This document shows positions 10,379 through 20,807 of a DNA stretch of 64,000 bases, piece after piece. Every line of letters begins with the position of its first letter. The stretch's first letter is position 1. A program made the position numbers and the translations under genes. The stretch is from Candidatus Latescibacterota bacterium (GTDB lineage Bacteria; Latescibacterota; UBA2968; UBA8231). The stretch spans positions 2,720,001 to 2,784,000 of the forward strand of contig OZ220089.1 in NCBI GenBank assembly GCA_964291625.2, read 5' to 3'. Under the pieces are notes generated by a model, which saw only the letters and a list, made by a program, of their open reading frames with translations, searched no databases and had not been told where the DNA came from.

Positions 10379-11491
10379 ATGCACGACGCCATCGTCATCG
10401 GGGGAGGGGTGCTCGGCGCCGCCACCGCCTGGCACCTCGTCCTCGCCCGGGCGCGGGTGCTGCTGCTCGACCGCGGCGACGAGGGACGGGCCACCGCCGC
10501 CGGGGCCGGCATCGTCTCCCCGGCGACCTACCGCGGCGACTCCGACGTCTGGTACCGCTTCAGCCGGGCCTCATACCGTCACCTCTCGACGCTGGTCCCC
10601 CAACTCGAGGCCGAAGGCATCGGCACCGGGTTCGCCCGCTGCGGCCTGCTGCTGGTGGCGGTCTCCGACGACGAGTTCGGACCCTTCGAGGCCGCCTCTC
10701 AGCGGATCCTCTCGCGCCCGGATGAAGGCTCCCCGGTTCGCCCCGTCGACATTGCCGAAGCCCGGGAGATGTTCCCGCCCCTCGCCGAATCCGCCCGGGC
10801 CCTGCACAACCCCGACGCCGCCCGCATCGACGGCCGCCTCCTGGCCCGGGCCCTGCTCGAAGCCGGCGAACGCCGCGGACTCGAGCGCCGGACCGCCTCG
10901 GCCGACAGCCTCATCCTCGACGGGAGCCGCGTCACCGGCGTCCTCAGCGGCGGCGACCGCATATCCGCGGGAGCCGTGGTCATCGCCGGCGGCGCCTGGT
11001 CCCGGCGCTTCTCGGACCAGCTCGGCCTCGACATCCCGGTGGCCCCCCAGCGCGGCCAGATCATCCACCTCGACCTCGGAGGCACCGACACCTCCACCTG
11101 GCCGATCGTCAGCGCCTTCCGCGACCACTACATGGTCCCCTGGCCGGACAGCCGCGTAGCCGCCGGCGCCACCCGCGAGACCGGCTCCGGCTTCGAGCCC
11201 AAGGCGACCGCCGCCGGGACCGTCGAGGTGCTCTCCGAGGCCCTGCGCGTCGCCCCCGGCCTGGCCTGCGCCTCCATCCGCGAGACCCGCGTCGGCCTGC
11301 GCCCCCTGTCGGCCGACGGCCTGCCGGTCATGGGCGCGGTCCCGGGGTGGCAGGGCCTCTACCTGAACACGGGGCACGGGGCCAGCGGTCTGCAACTGGG
11401 GCCCTTCAGCGGGCGGGCTGTCGCCGATGCTGCCCTGGGCTGCGGGCCGGGGTTCGACCTCTCGTCTTTCTCGGTCGAGCGGTTCCTGTGA
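10379..11491 (+). CDS. FAD-dependent oxidoreductase, D-amino acid/glycine oxidase family
   Basis: IVIGGGVLG, ATAAGAG, VIAGGAWS, PQRGQ, GLRP..DGLPVMG, NTGHGASG. Confidence 0.88.
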   Translation: MHDAIVIGGGVLGAATAWHLVLARARVLLLDRGDEGRATAAGAGIVSPATYRGDSDVWYRFSRASYRHLSTLVPQLEAEGIGTGFARCGLLLVAVSDDEFGPFEAASQRILSRPDEGSPVRPVDIAEAREMFPPLAESARALHNPDAARIDGRLLARALLEAGERRGLERRTASADSLILDGSRVTGVLSGGDRISAGAVVIAGGAWSRRFSDQLGLDIPVAPQRGQIIHLDLGGTDTSTWPIVSAFRDHYMVPWPDSRVAAGATRETGSGFEPKATAAGTVEVLSEALRVAPGLACASIRETRVGLRPLSADGLPVMGAVPGWQGLYLNTGHGASGLQLGPFSGRAVADAALGCGPGFDLSSFSVERFL

Positions 11492-11534
11492 CGATGGTCG
11501 ACGGCCCAACCTGCGCCGCGCCGTCAGGTTCACC

Positions 11535-11576
11535 AACTGGCGGATCGTCGACGTGGACCTGATCGACTATCACTAG
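11535..11576 (+). pseudogene. higB: HigB (RelE-like) toxin C-terminal remnant
   Basis: AACTGGCGGATCGTCGACGTGGACCTGATCGACTATCACTAG = [13 protein letters not shown], the HigB C-terminus with an internal deletion, directly upstream of higA. Confidence 0.7.
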
Positions 11577-11593
11577 CGAGAGGCTGGAAACTC

Positions 11594-11830
11594 ATGGCGA
11601 TGAAGAACCCACCACATCCGGGCCGCAGCATCAAGGAGAGCTGTCTGGCCCCCCTCGGCCTGAGCGTCACCGAAGCGGCGAAGGTGTTGGGCATAGCTCG
11701 TCACACGCTCTCCCGCGTCCTGAACGGCCATGCGGCCATCTCGCCGGAGATGGCCATTCGACTGGAGAAGGCGGGCTGGTCCAACGCGGAGTTCTGGCTG
11801 CGGCGACAGATCGCCTACGATCTGGTATAG
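11594..11830 (+). CDS. higA: HigA-family addiction-module antitoxin (probable premature stop; frame continues to 11887)
   Basis: MKNPPHPG...[20 protein letters not shown]...[11 protein letters not shown]...AEFWL.RQ.AYDL; TAG followed by ARRTEGKIQVRPYEPEIA*. Confidence 0.88.
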   Translation: MAMKNPPHPGRSIKESCLAPLGLSVTEAAKVLGIARHTLSRVLNGHAAISPEMAIRLEKAGWSNAEFWLRRQIAYDLV

Positions 11831-11898
11831 GCCCGCCGGACCGAAGGGAAGATCCAGGTCAGGCCCTACGAGCCGGAGATAGCCTGAGCAACCAAGCC

Positions 11899-12195
11899 AT
11901 GGATCACCCCTCGCCCCGGCCCTCCACCCCATGGCGGGTCCACAGCGTCGAAGCCCTGCCCGGACTTCGGTTGCAGGTCCGCTTCACGGACGGCACATCG
12001 GGTGAGGTGGACATGGGGAGGTTCCTCCAGAGCCCCGCCGTCCGAGGCACCCCCTTCGAGCCGCTCCTCGATGAGAGCCTGTTCAGCCAGGTTCGCGCAG
12101 ACCTCGGAGCCGTCACTTGGCCCACGGGAGCCGATCTCGCTCCCGACGCCATGTACGACGCCGTCCGCGCCTCAGGAGAGTGGATCCTCGAGTAG
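11899..12195 (+). CDS. DUF2442-domain protein (TA-associated; usual DUF4160 partner absent)
   Basis: VEALPGLRLQVRFTDG...F.PL.D..LFSQV...GAVTWPTGADLAPDAMY. Confidence 0.8.
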   Translation: MDHPSPRPSTPWRVHSVEALPGLRLQVRFTDGTSGEVDMGRFLQSPAVRGTPFEPLLDESLFSQVRADLGAVTWPTGADLAPDAMYDAVRASGEWILE

Positions 12196-12202
12196 TCGGG
12201 GA

Positions 12203-12545
12203 CACCCCCCAACCGCAGCCCACCAGGCCGGCGCTCCACCAGAGCAAGTGGCGCCGGACCCACCCCAGGCCCAGAACAACCCCCCAGGCGCCACCCCACC
12301 CCTAAAGGAGTGTGTGGTGGTGGTCCCCCCCAGGGCGGTGACGGCGGCGCAGGCCAAGCCGAGCGGCGCATTACGGCGGGCCGGGGTCAACAACCACCCG
12401 CATCCAGGAGGCCCAGAGACCCGAGCGAAGCGAGGGGCTCGCCAGCCCCACGAATCCACCCCAGGCGATAGCCCCACCAAACAGGCCCGCCGTACGCGCT
12501 GCCGAGGCGCTGGCCGGAGCCGCCGTCACCGCCCCGCGCCAGAAC
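12203..12545 (+). repeat. Structured intergenic repeat, copy 5
   Basis: Full stem with compensatory changes (TACGGCGGGCC/GGCCCGCCGTA, GGCCA/TGGCC); CCCGAGCGAAGCGAGGGG. Confidence 0.92.
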
Positions 12546-12589
12546 CACCCCCCATCACCACAGCTGTCGTCTTCATGGTCGATCTCCCT

Positions 12590-13780
12590 TCAGTCGAAGA
12601 AACCCGCGTCCTCTTCGGAGAGGTGCCGCTTCGCCTCCTCGACGACGAACTCCACCCCCAGTCCCGGGGAATCCCACACCTCGATGTGGCCGTCGGCGAC
12701 GATCGGGTCGGGCAGCCCGGTGACCATGTCGAGCCAGGACTCCTCGTACCGGCCCGGCATCTCGAAGGCGATGTAGTTCTGCGGCAGGGTGGCGGCGAGA
12801 TGGACATGGGCCGCCAGTCCGAAGAGCCCGTCGATCACTCCGTGGGGGGCCATGAGGATGCCGTGGAGGTCGGCGTACTCGGCGATCCACTTCGTCTCCG
12901 CGATCCCGCCGACGTCGGCCGGGTCGGGGCCGACGACGTTCACCGCCTGCTTCTCGAAGAGTTCCTTGAAGTGCTGCCGCAGGTAGATCTGCTCCCCCGT
13001 GTGGATCGGCGTCGAGGTGCTGCGCGTCACCTCCCGGTAGAGGTCGGCGAGCACGTACGGGACGTAGTCGCCGGTGATCATGTCCTCGAGCCACATCAGG
13101 TTCAACGGCTCCACGGCTTGGGCCAGCCGTATCGAGTCGGGGACCGTCATTCCGGGACCGCAGTCGAGGGCGAGGCCGACCTCGTCTCCCAGCTCCGCCT
13201 TCATCGCCTCGGCGCAGGCGATCACGTGCTTCAGGCCCCGCTCCGTCAGCGGGCCCCGGTTGGCGTGCCAGCGGCCGCCCGAGCTCTCCCCGTAGAAGAA
13301 GCCGGGGACGTGCGCGGGCATGCCGCTGTGGAAGGCGACGCCCATCTTGCACAAGGTGAACCCCTGCGGCAGCTCCCGGACGGCGCGGGCGGCAGCGGCG
13401 TATTCCTCGGGCCGGGAGTCCGTCACCGGAACCGGAGAGCCGGTCAGGTAGACCCGCACCCGGTCGCGGATCTTGCCGCCGAGCAGCTTGTACACCGGAA
13501 CCCCCGCGGCCTGGCCGGCGATGTCCCAGAGCGCCATCTCGATGGCGCTGACCGCACTGCCCCAGGGCTTGAAGCCCCCGAGCCGCCGGATGCCGAGCAT
13601 GACCCGCTCGACGTCGGTCGGGTCCATGCCGAGAACGAGGTCGCGGTAGAACAGGACGTGGGGCTTGAGGTAGGGCTTGGAGGACTCCACCTGCCCCGTG
13701 CCGACGATCCCCTCGTCCGTGAGGATGCGGACGATCGGATGGCGGCCGATGACGGCGCACTTCAGATCGATGATCTTCAT
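12590..13780 (-). CDS. Mandelate racemase/muconate-lactonizing (enolase superfamily) dehydratase
   Basis: ILTDEGIVG, SAIEMALWDIAG..AGVPVYKLLGG.IRDRVRVY, LDC, WLED, HTGEQ, APH. Confidence 0.88.
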   Translation of the reverse strand: MKIIDLKCAVIGRHPIVRILTDEGIVGTGQVESSKPYLKPHVLFYRDLVLGMDPTDVERVMLGIRRLGGFKPWGSAVSAIEMALWDIAGQAAGVPVYKLLGGKIRDRVRVYLTGSPVPVTDSRPEEYAAAARAVRELPQGFTLCKMGVAFHSGMPAHVPGFFYGESSGGRWHANRGPLTERGLKHVIACAEAMKAELGDEVGLALDCGPGMTVPDSIRLAQAVEPLNLMWLEDMITGDYVPYVLADLYREVTRSTSTPIHTGEQIYLRQHFKELFEKQAVNVVGPDPADVGGIAETKWIAEYADLHGILMAPHGVIDGLFGLAAHVHLAATLPQNYIAFEMPGRYEESWLDMVTGLPDPIVADGHIEVWDSPGLGVEFVVEEAKRHLSEEDAGFFD

Positions 13781-14700
13781 GACAGCCTCTGGGCGACCTC
13801 CACCGGGAGGCCGTCTCCCGCGTCGAGGGTGATCGAGCGGATGGGCACCCCAAGGGCGAGATCGCGCTCCCCAGGCGGCGTGCCGTGGGCGATCTCCCCG
13901 GCCAGGGCGTCCACGTCGTCCGTCCAGAGCCCGAAGGAGCCCACGACCCCGCGGCCGAGACCATCGGTGGTCCCGCCGTCCTTCCGCCCCCGCAATTCGA
14001 TGTCGCACATGCCGGCGGCGAAGACGTACCCCTCGTGCGTGCCGCTGTCGGAGTGGTCGATGACGGACAGCCCCAGCTTCTCCCCGTACAGCGCCTTCCC
14101 CCGGCCGATGTCCGGGCACTCCATGGCCATGTGATCGAAACCCTTGAGCAGGCTCCCGGCGGAGAGGCTGGCGATCCGCTGCTTCTCCCGCCGCCTCTCC
14201 TGGTTGTGCAGCCTCGGGTCCACGATCTCGGAGATCTGGATCGGGTAACCGTTCGGATCGACGAACTCCAGCAGGCTCCTCTGCATGTAGGCGTGGTCCA
14301 TCGGCTGCACGATGGGTCCGTCCTTCGTTGCCCGGAACCTGTTGGACGCGAAGAAGCCCTCGAAGTGCGAGAAGGCATGGTGGTTGCCCTCGACGTAGAA
14401 GGACCAGTGTCCGACCGAGCCGTAAGCCTGCCCCGTCCTCTCGCCCTCGGGCGACAGCAGCACGGGGGCGGCCTCGTCCTCCCGCAGAACCAGGAAGGAG
14501 TCGCCCACCTGGAGGACGGCCTCGCGGTCGCCGCTCTCGGCGGCGGCGCCGTCCACCCACTCGCCCTTCTCGTTCTGCACGGCGGTGGTGTTCTGCAGCT
14601 CGGTGAGGCCGAGGCGCCGGCCATAGACCTCCCGGCACTCGTCCCAGAGGCGTGTCCGCATCTCGATGTAGGCGATTCCCGTGATCATGTTCGACAACAC
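13777..14700 (-). CDS. VOC/glyoxalase-family two-domain protein
   Basis: Y...LGL, GHWSFYV, FVDPNGYPIQI, FDHMAMECPD...Y.EKLGL, D.GDGLPVEV; coupled to the downstream enolase gene. Confidence 0.65.
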   Translation of the reverse strand: MLSNMITGIAYIEMRTRLWDECREVYGRRLGLTELQNTTAVQNEKGEWVDGAAAESGDREAVLQVGDSFLVLREDEAAPVLLSPEGERTGQAYGSVGHWSFYVEGNHHAFSHFEGFFASNRFRATKDGPIVQPMDHAYMQRSLLEFVDPNGYPIQISEIVDPRLHNQERRREKQRIASLSAGSLLKGFDHMAMECPDIGRGKALYGEKLGLSVIDHSDSGTHEGYVFAAGMCDIELRGRKDGGTTDGLGRGVVGSFGLWTDDVDALAGEIAHGTPPGERDLALGVPIRSITLDAGDGLPVEVAQRLS

Positions 14701-14782
14701 CTTCCCAGGCCCGTGCCGGAGACGCAGGGGTGAGGGAGGGGGACCGCGTGTGCTACGTCACTGCCGACGGCAGGTTGCATCT

Positions 14783-15091
14783 TCACGGCTCACCTCCAAG
14801 CGCACGCACAACCGCCTCGGGATCGCGGTCGATGACGGTCAGCAGCACCCGGGCGGCCCGGTCAGGCACACGCCGCCCCTGTTCCCACTCCTGCAGGGCC
14901 CGCGCATCCAGGCCGAATCGGTCCGCGAACTTCCGGCGACTCAGCTTCATGCGCTTGCGCAGCGCGACGATATGTTCGGCGGCGGGATCGTCCACGATCC
15001 GGCAGGGCAGTTCCACTTCGCCGCGCACATGGGCAAGCACCTCGCCCAAGGCGGTCTCGACTTCCTGCCCCACCTGAGTCCGTTCCGTCAT
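14783..15091 (-). CDS. XRE-HTH antitoxin (HigA2/YiaG-like)
   Basis: IVALRKRMKLSRRKFADRFGLDARALQEWEQGRRVPDRAARVLL. Confidence 0.85.
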   Translation of the reverse strand: MTERTQVGQEVETALGEVLAHVRGEVELPCRIVDDPAAEHIVALRKRMKLSRRKFADRFGLDARALQEWEQGRRVPDRAARVLLTVIDRDPEAVVRALGGEP

Positions 15092-15094
15092 CTG

Positions 15095-15260
15095 TCAGCC
15101 TTCTCCTCCCCAACGCATCTTGCGAATCCCTCCCGTACCACGGAGCAAAGGCGCCGCGTCGGGATCGGCGACGATGGCGGCCTCCATCTCCCTGCGCTGG
15201 TCCACCCGTGAGGAGCTTGCCGATGGCGCGCTCGTAGGCTCGGGTGATGACCAGTCGCAC
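15095..15260 (-). pseudogene. RelE/HigB2-like toxin remnant (frameshifted, truncated)
   Basis: VRLVITRAYERAIGKLL then, in another frame, EMEAAIVADPDAAPLLRGTGGIRKMRWGGEG* (GTGG.RK.RW motif). Confidence 0.75.
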
Positions 15261-15319
15261 GGTCACTGAAAATGCGGCATTGCCGCAGGTCCGGCAAGGT
15301 GTCCTGGGCAAGGCCTCTC

Positions 15320-15637
15320 TCTCCCGTCCCACCAGGCCCGCGTTCCCCACGGATCGAGTGGTGCCGGAGTCCGGCACCCCCACCAAGCGCCACCCGCCCC
15401 AGAGGGAGTGCGTGTGGGCGGTCCCCACCCAGGGCGGTGGCGGCGGCGCAGGCCGAGCCGAGCGGTGCACTATGCGGGGCCTCGCCACCAACCACCACGC
15501 ATCCAGGAGGCCTAGAGACCCGAGCGTAGCGAGGGCACCCCAACCCTCGAACCACCCCCCGTCGATAGCTCCGCCACCCAGGCAGCGCGTACGCGCTGCC
15601 GCGGCGCGGCCGGAGCCGCCGGCACCGCCCCCTGCCA
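15320..15637 (+). repeat. Structured intergenic repeat, copy 6
   Basis: GGATCGAGTGGTGCCGGAG, GGGCGGTGGCGGCGGCGCAGGCCGAGCCGAGC, CCCGAGCGTAGCGAGGG, GCCGGAGCCGCCGGCACCGCCCC. Confidence 0.9.
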
Positions 15638-16081
15638 GTACCCCCCACCTACCCCTATCTTCCACTCACCCAAACCCATCCATGCCAATCCTTCTGATCC
15701 CCCACCCGGCCAAGCAGATGGCCCCCTCCGATTGCGCAGCGCCATCACCACCCAGGGCCTCCGGGCTGGCCCGCGGGCCAGCCAAACGGCCGCCCATCGG
15801 AGAGTCGTTGGACACATGCCTCGGGGAGAATCCCCATGCCGGTCGGACCCCCTAACGAGGAGACAACCGCAGAACGCTCCTTGATTGGCTCTAGGGTAGC
15901 CCTGCAGGTTTCAACTCCAAACGCACCGCTGATGGGCCCCAGTTTGGAACACAGCAATGAAGCTGGGAGGCCTCAACTTGCATTCAAGTGCCCGTGAATG
16001 CGGTGGTGGCTCCCGCTCCCGAGCATCCTCTCTATGGGGCACGGAATGGTGATAAGGCGCCCCGGGAAAGGCCGACCTCTA

Positions 16082-17860
16082 ATGCGACTATCACGAGTAC
16101 AGATACGGAACTTTCGGAATTTTAACACCCTGGACGTCGAGCTATCAGAGAATGCGGTTGTAGTCGGCGAGAACAAGATCGGCAAGACCAACCTGCTGCA
16201 CGCGATGCGATTGGTGCTTGATCCGACCTTGCCCGACTCAGCACGGCATCTGAAGGACGAAGATTTCTGGGATGGTCTGCCTCGACCCCTTGCGCGCGAA
16301 CACAGGATAACCGTTTCGATTGACCTCACGGACTTCGAAGGCGACGAGGACCAAGTTGCTTTGCTGTGCGAACACCTGGTCGTAGCTGAGCCAATGACGG
16401 CGAGGCTGACATATGTGTTCCAGCCGCTTGAGACATTGGATGGCGAACCGTCCAAGGAGTCTGACTACGAGTTCGTGCTGTACGGGGGCGATCGTCCCCA
16501 GAATCGCGTTGGTTATGAGATTCGTCGACGGCTGCCTTTCGATCTGCTACCCGCGCTTCGCGATGCGGAGGGAGATCTGCGAAATTGGCGACGTTCTCCA
16601 CTCCGCCCACTCCTGGACCTAGTTGCTGGGCGTATCGATCGGGAAGCACTGGTGGCACTAGCGAGGGACATTTCTGCTGCCACAGCAGCTGCCGCTGGCA
16701 ACGAGGAAGTGAAGAGGCTCGTCGATGAGATAAACCGGCGCGTGAGGACCCTAGTGGGTCCGTTTCAGACGGTCGATACGTCGCTTGGATTCTCTCCGAG
16801 CGATCCAGAGCGCCTCTTGCGAGCGATGCGCCTGTTCGTTGACGCGGGGAGGCGCGAAATCGGCACGGCCAGCTTGGGATCCACGAACGTGCTGTACCTT
16901 ACCCTCAAGGCTCTGCAACTAGATGAATCAGTTGCGGAGAGGGAGAGGCATCACACGTTCCTCGCAATTGAGGAGCCAGAGGCGCATCTCCACCCCCACT
17001 TGCAGAGACTCGCTTACCGGGGGCTTCTCCGCCCTCCAGAAGGTCATGGTCACACATCACCCCTAACGGCGGTGCTTACCACGCACTCACCTCACATCGT
17101 GAGTGTTGCCCCTCTCAATTCGCTTGTCCTATTGCGAAAGACGCAAGCCGGGAACAGCAGTGAGGGGGTGTCTACGGCCAAATTGGAGCTTGCCTCGGAA
17201 GTCGTGGCCGATCTTGAGCGATACTTGGACGTTACACGCGGAGAGATGCTCTTCGCCAAGGGCGTACTGCTCGTTGAGGGCGAGGCAGAGCGATTCTTGC
17301 TTCCGGCTCTAGGGAAGTCCAATGGAATCGATTTCGACGAGCTCGGGATCTCGGTTTGCTGCGTAGGGGGTACGAACTTCCGGCCGTACATCGAGTTTCT
17401 GGGTGACCGTGGGCTGGACCTGCCAGTCGCCGTGCTCACAGATGGAGATCCGGCGAAGGACGGTCGGAGACGCGGGGAGGAACGGGTGTTGAGTTTGCTG
17501 CGTGATGCCGTCGCCCCGTCGGACCTTGATGGGAAGACGGACGGGCAGCAGCTTGAAATGGCTAGGGACCGGGGGTTTTTCGTCGGTGATTACACCTGCG
17601 AGGTAGATCTGTTCGGGAGCGGGGCCCACAGGCAAATTGGGAAGACACTAGTTGAGTTGGCTCCAGGGGAGGCCGTTCGGAGTAGAGCGGAAGCCTGGAC
17701 AGCCAGCCCGGAGGACTTGGATCCAGTGCGCTTTCTGGCGGACATCTCATCGATTGGAAAGGGTCGCTTCGCTCAGCGGCTATCGGCGCGCGTCGAAGGT
17801 GGCAGCTGGCCAGCCTACATGAGGGATGGTATCGAGTATGTCCGCACCCGCTGTCGCTAG
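16082..17860 (+). CDS. gajA: OLD-family ATP-dependent nuclease (Gabija GajA-like)
   Basis: NFRNF, Walker A GENKIGKT, Walker B IEEPEAHLHP, TTHS, TOPRIM LVEGEAE and TDGD. Confidence 0.85.
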   Translation: MRLSRVQIRNFRNFNTLDVELSENAVVVGENKIGKTNLLHAMRLVLDPTLPDSARHLKDEDFWDGLPRPLAREHRITVSIDLTDFEGDEDQVALLCEHLVVAEPMTARLTYVFQPLETLDGEPSKESDYEFVLYGGDRPQNRVGYEIRRRLPFDLLPALRDAEGDLRNWRRSPLRPLLDLVAGRIDREALVALARDISAATAAAAGNEEVKRLVDEINRRVRTLVGPFQTVDTSLGFSPSDPERLLRAMRLFVDAGRREIGTASLGSTNVLYLTLKALQLDESVAERERHHTFLAIEEPEAHLHPHLQRLAYRGLLRPPEGHGHTSPLTAVLTTHSPHIVSVAPLNSLVLLRKTQAGNSSEGVSTAKLELASEVVADLERYLDVTRGEMLFAKGVLLVEGEAERFLLPALGKSNGIDFDELGISVCCVGGTNFRPYIEFLGDRGLDLPVAVLTDGDPAKDGRRRGEERVLSLLRDAVAPSDLDGKTDGQQLEMARDRGFFVGDYTCEVDLFGSGAHRQIGKTLVELAPGEAVRSRAEAWTASPEDLDPVRFLADISSIGKGRFAQRLSARVEGGSWPAYMRDGIEYVRTRCR

Positions 17861-19649
17861 ACCATCGCCGGCTTATTGGCAGGCCGTGGAAGAGCTTCAG
17901 GAGAATCCTGGTCAGTGGCAAGCGTACAACTCGGATGGACACTGCGTTGTGCTCGCAGGGCCAGGAAGCGGCAAGACCAGGACACTCACCGTGAAGATTG
18001 CGAAGCTGCTGATTGAGACAATTCACGAACCTCGTGGGTTAGCGTGCATCACCTACAATTCGGAGTGTGCGCGTGAGCTGAAGGCTAGGCTTGAGCGACT
18101 GGGAGTGTATGAGTCCAGAAGTGTCTTCATTGGGACAGTTCACTCATTCTGCTTGAGGCGAGTGGTGATTCCCTTTTCAGCCTTGGCGGGCATCGAGCTG
18201 CCGGAGGACTTCCGTATTGCACTAGAGAGCGAACAAGAGGCCGCGTTTGAGGAGGTCAGGGCTCGGGTCAGCCCCGATGGGCGGTCGCGGGGGCTGCGTA
18301 CGATGGCGGAGAAGTACCGACGTACTCACCTTGATCGGGACGGTGCGGAGTGGCAGGAGGACAAGGAGTTGGCGGCCTTGGTGGCCGGCTACGAGCAGTT
18401 GTTGAGAGCAGGAGGGATGATCGACTTTGACGACATGGTGCTTATCGGGCTGAAGCTGATCGAGAGTCGGAAGTGGGTACGCCGGGCACTTCACGCACAG
18501 TTCCCCGTGGTCGTTGTTGATGAGTACCAGGACTTGGGCTTGGCGCTGCATCGGATTGTGAGCAATCTCTGTTTCCGAGGAGGTTCGCGTCTCTTTGCGG
18601 TTGGGGATCCTGACCAGTCGATCTATGGCTTCGCAGGAGCACGGCCAGAGCTATTTCGCGGCCTAGCGGACTCTCCCGAGGTGGAGGCCGTACAGCTGCC
18701 ATTCAACTACCGAAGTGGGGAGACGATTGTTCAAGCCGCGGAGATCGCGCTTGGGGAGACCCGTGGCTATGAGGCGCGTGGAGCTAACGCGGGATCGGTA
18801 GACTTTCACGAGCGACCGAGGGGTCTTGACGATCAAGCGGAGTATATCTGTGGTGAGATAATCCCGTCTGCAATGGAGAGGGTTGAGGGCCTACAGCTTG
18901 CCGATGTGGCAGTGCTGTATGTCGACAGGAGCGACGGAGACGTGATCGCTGGGAGGGCAAAGCAACACAAGTACGCTACAGTGAGGGTTGACCGGGGTGC
19001 ACCCTACCGCAAGACTCCGCTGATCAGATGGTTAGAGGACTGTTCTGCATGGTGCGCGGGGGGTTGGGCTACTGGGTCCCCGCGGTTAAGCTCTCTCCTT
19101 GGTACTTGCGCCTCCATCCTTGGGATGCATGCTGGGGATCGTGAGTGGCATGAGCACAAGGTGAGGCTCGTGGGAGTGCTGCTTTCCCAACGGCAGCCAG
19201 AGCTGTTACTGCGAGAGTGGCTGACAACGCTCAAGAGGGAAGTCTTAGACCTGTTCTTGGAGAGGGACATGACGTTGAGGGACGAGCGGGAGGCGTTAGG
19301 TGTGGTCACGGAGGCCTGCAAGATCGGCGGAGTGCTTGGAGAGTGGAGTGTCGCCGCTTTCGGTGGGCAGGGCGGTTCCCCTGACCACCTAAACCTCATC
19401 ACCCTGTGGAGTGCAAAGGGGCATGAGTATAGAGTAGTCGTCATGATGGGTATGGAGGAGGGACGGGTTCCTGGGTGGAACGCTAGCGAGTTGGAGAAGC
19501 GGGAGCAGCGGAGGCTGTTCTACGTGGGGCTCACTAGAGCGAAGGAGGAGGTCCACATGACCTACTCTGGCTGGAGGGAGAATCGGTACGGGCGACGGTT
19601 CTTTGATGGACCCTCGAGGTTTCTTGTGGAGGTTCGCGAACGTCTCTAG
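17838..19649 (+). CDS. gajB: UvrD/Rep-like helicase (Gabija GajB-like)
   Basis: AGPGSGKT, DEYQD, VGDPDQSIYGF, NYRS, SAKGHEY, RRLFYVGLTRAK; overlaps the OLD nuclease gene. Confidence 0.85.
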   Translation: MSAPAVARPSPAYWQAVEELQENPGQWQAYNSDGHCVVLAGPGSGKTRTLTVKIAKLLIETIHEPRGLACITYNSECARELKARLERLGVYESRSVFIGTVHSFCLRRVVIPFSALAGIELPEDFRIALESEQEAAFEEVRARVSPDGRSRGLRTMAEKYRRTHLDRDGAEWQEDKELAALVAGYEQLLRAGGMIDFDDMVLIGLKLIESRKWVRRALHAQFPVVVVDEYQDLGLALHRIVSNLCFRGGSRLFAVGDPDQSIYGFAGARPELFRGLADSPEVEAVQLPFNYRSGETIVQAAEIALGETRGYEARGANAGSVDFHERPRGLDDQAEYICGEIIPSAMERVEGLQLADVAVLYVDRSDGDVIAGRAKQHKYATVRVDRGAPYRKTPLIRWLEDCSAWCAGGWATGSPRLSSLLGTCASILGMHAGDREWHEHKVRLVGVLLSQRQPELLLREWLTTLKREVLDLFLERDMTLRDEREALGVVTEACKIGGVLGEWSVAAFGGQGGSPDHLNLITLWSAKGHEYRVVVMMGMEEGRVPGWNASELEKREQRRLFYVGLTRAKEEVHMTYSGWRENRYGRRFFDGPSRFLVEVRERL

Positions 19650-19936
19650 GACGGGGGGTAAGGGGTGTCTATTTACGATGCTTAGGTTTGGAGGGGGTGA
19701 GGAACCCTTCGGGCCTTCATCAGAAGGAGGGAAGAGAGTCCTGATCCATTGCGTTCCTCTCTGCTCGTAGGGGATGCATCTCTTCTGGGGAGGGCGTCTT
19801 GGAGAGCGGCCGCAGTTTAGGGGGAGGCGTGGTGGATGCGGTGGGCGACGAATAATCTTGCTTGCTGCGGGAGACCGCAGGAGGTGGGTGCTTGAGTAGA
19901 ACCGCAAGGCAGACCGTATAGTTTGGAGGCGCTAAA

Positions 19937-20395
19937 GTGAAGACAGTCTTCTTTGTTCTTTCGGTAGTGATGTTTTATCCAGAGGCCAAGTCGGAAGATG
20001 CCGAGGAAGAAGGCCCTGTTCTGACTCTCGATAGGCTGTTGTCCAAGTCTGAACAGGCAGAGATGGGCCTGCACAAGCTGACGGAGGAGGAGAAGGGGCG
20101 GCTTCGTGACTACGTGGTCAGAATGTTCATCGCGGGGGTTGAGGAAGGGAAGAGGCAGGTTGGTAGCGCCCAGTTGTCCCAGGTCATCGAGAGCCAGATC
20201 GACGGTGACTTTGACGGGTGGGAGGGTGAGACGATCGTGAAGTTGATGAATGGTCAGATTTGGCAGCAGTCGGAGTTCTACTACCACTATCACTATGCCT
20301 TTATGCCGGACGTACTGATTTACAATTCGGGTGGGGTGTACAAGATGATTGTGGAAGGTGTTGACAGGGCGATCGGGGTCATTCAATTGAGATAG
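19937..20395 (+). CDS. Hypothetical secreted protein
   Basis: Signal-peptide-like N-terminus, GLHKLTEEE, IESQIDGDFDGWEG.T..KL.NGQIWQQ; GGAGG RBS. Confidence 0.7.
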   Translation: MKTVFFVLSVVMFYPEAKSEDAEEEGPVLTLDRLLSKSEQAEMGLHKLTEEEKGRLRDYVVRMFIAGVEEGKRQVGSAQLSQVIESQIDGDFDGWEGETIVKLMNGQIWQQSEFYYHYHYAFMPDVLIYNSGGVYKMIVEGVDRAIGVIQLR

Positions 20396-20807
20396 GGCGG
20401 GGAGTTTGGACGGGGGTGGCAAGTTCGTTAGGCGTCGCCCAGGGCCTGGAGTGCCAGTCGACCATCGTGGCCATCCGCTGGAAACCGGGACCGATGGCGG
20501 TCAACTGGGGGTCGCCGCCACCGATCAAAGCACCGGAGTTGGTCTCGGCCCCCGCGACACACGGTCCAAAATGAGTGTGTGGTTGAGTGATTCCCCTGCA
20601 GACATCCACATTGCCGCGGTTGCGGCTACTGCCGGCGCCTGCGCCGTCTGGCGCCGAGCTGGCCGCCGATCGCTTCAAGCACGTCAAGTTCAGGGAGTCG
20701 GAGACGTATACGGACCCTGCCAGGCGAGCCCCACGAGGCGTGAGCTATGGCCGTCAGGCAGCCTTGTGAGATCTCTGCGTCTCATCGCACTCTGCCGGAG
20801 CTCACCG

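Noticed and set aside
20406-20807. 195-aa extended HicB or an upstream hicA
   Set aside because: The upstream part has no HicA (GSH) motif; the HicB homology starts at ATG 20808 after GGAG.
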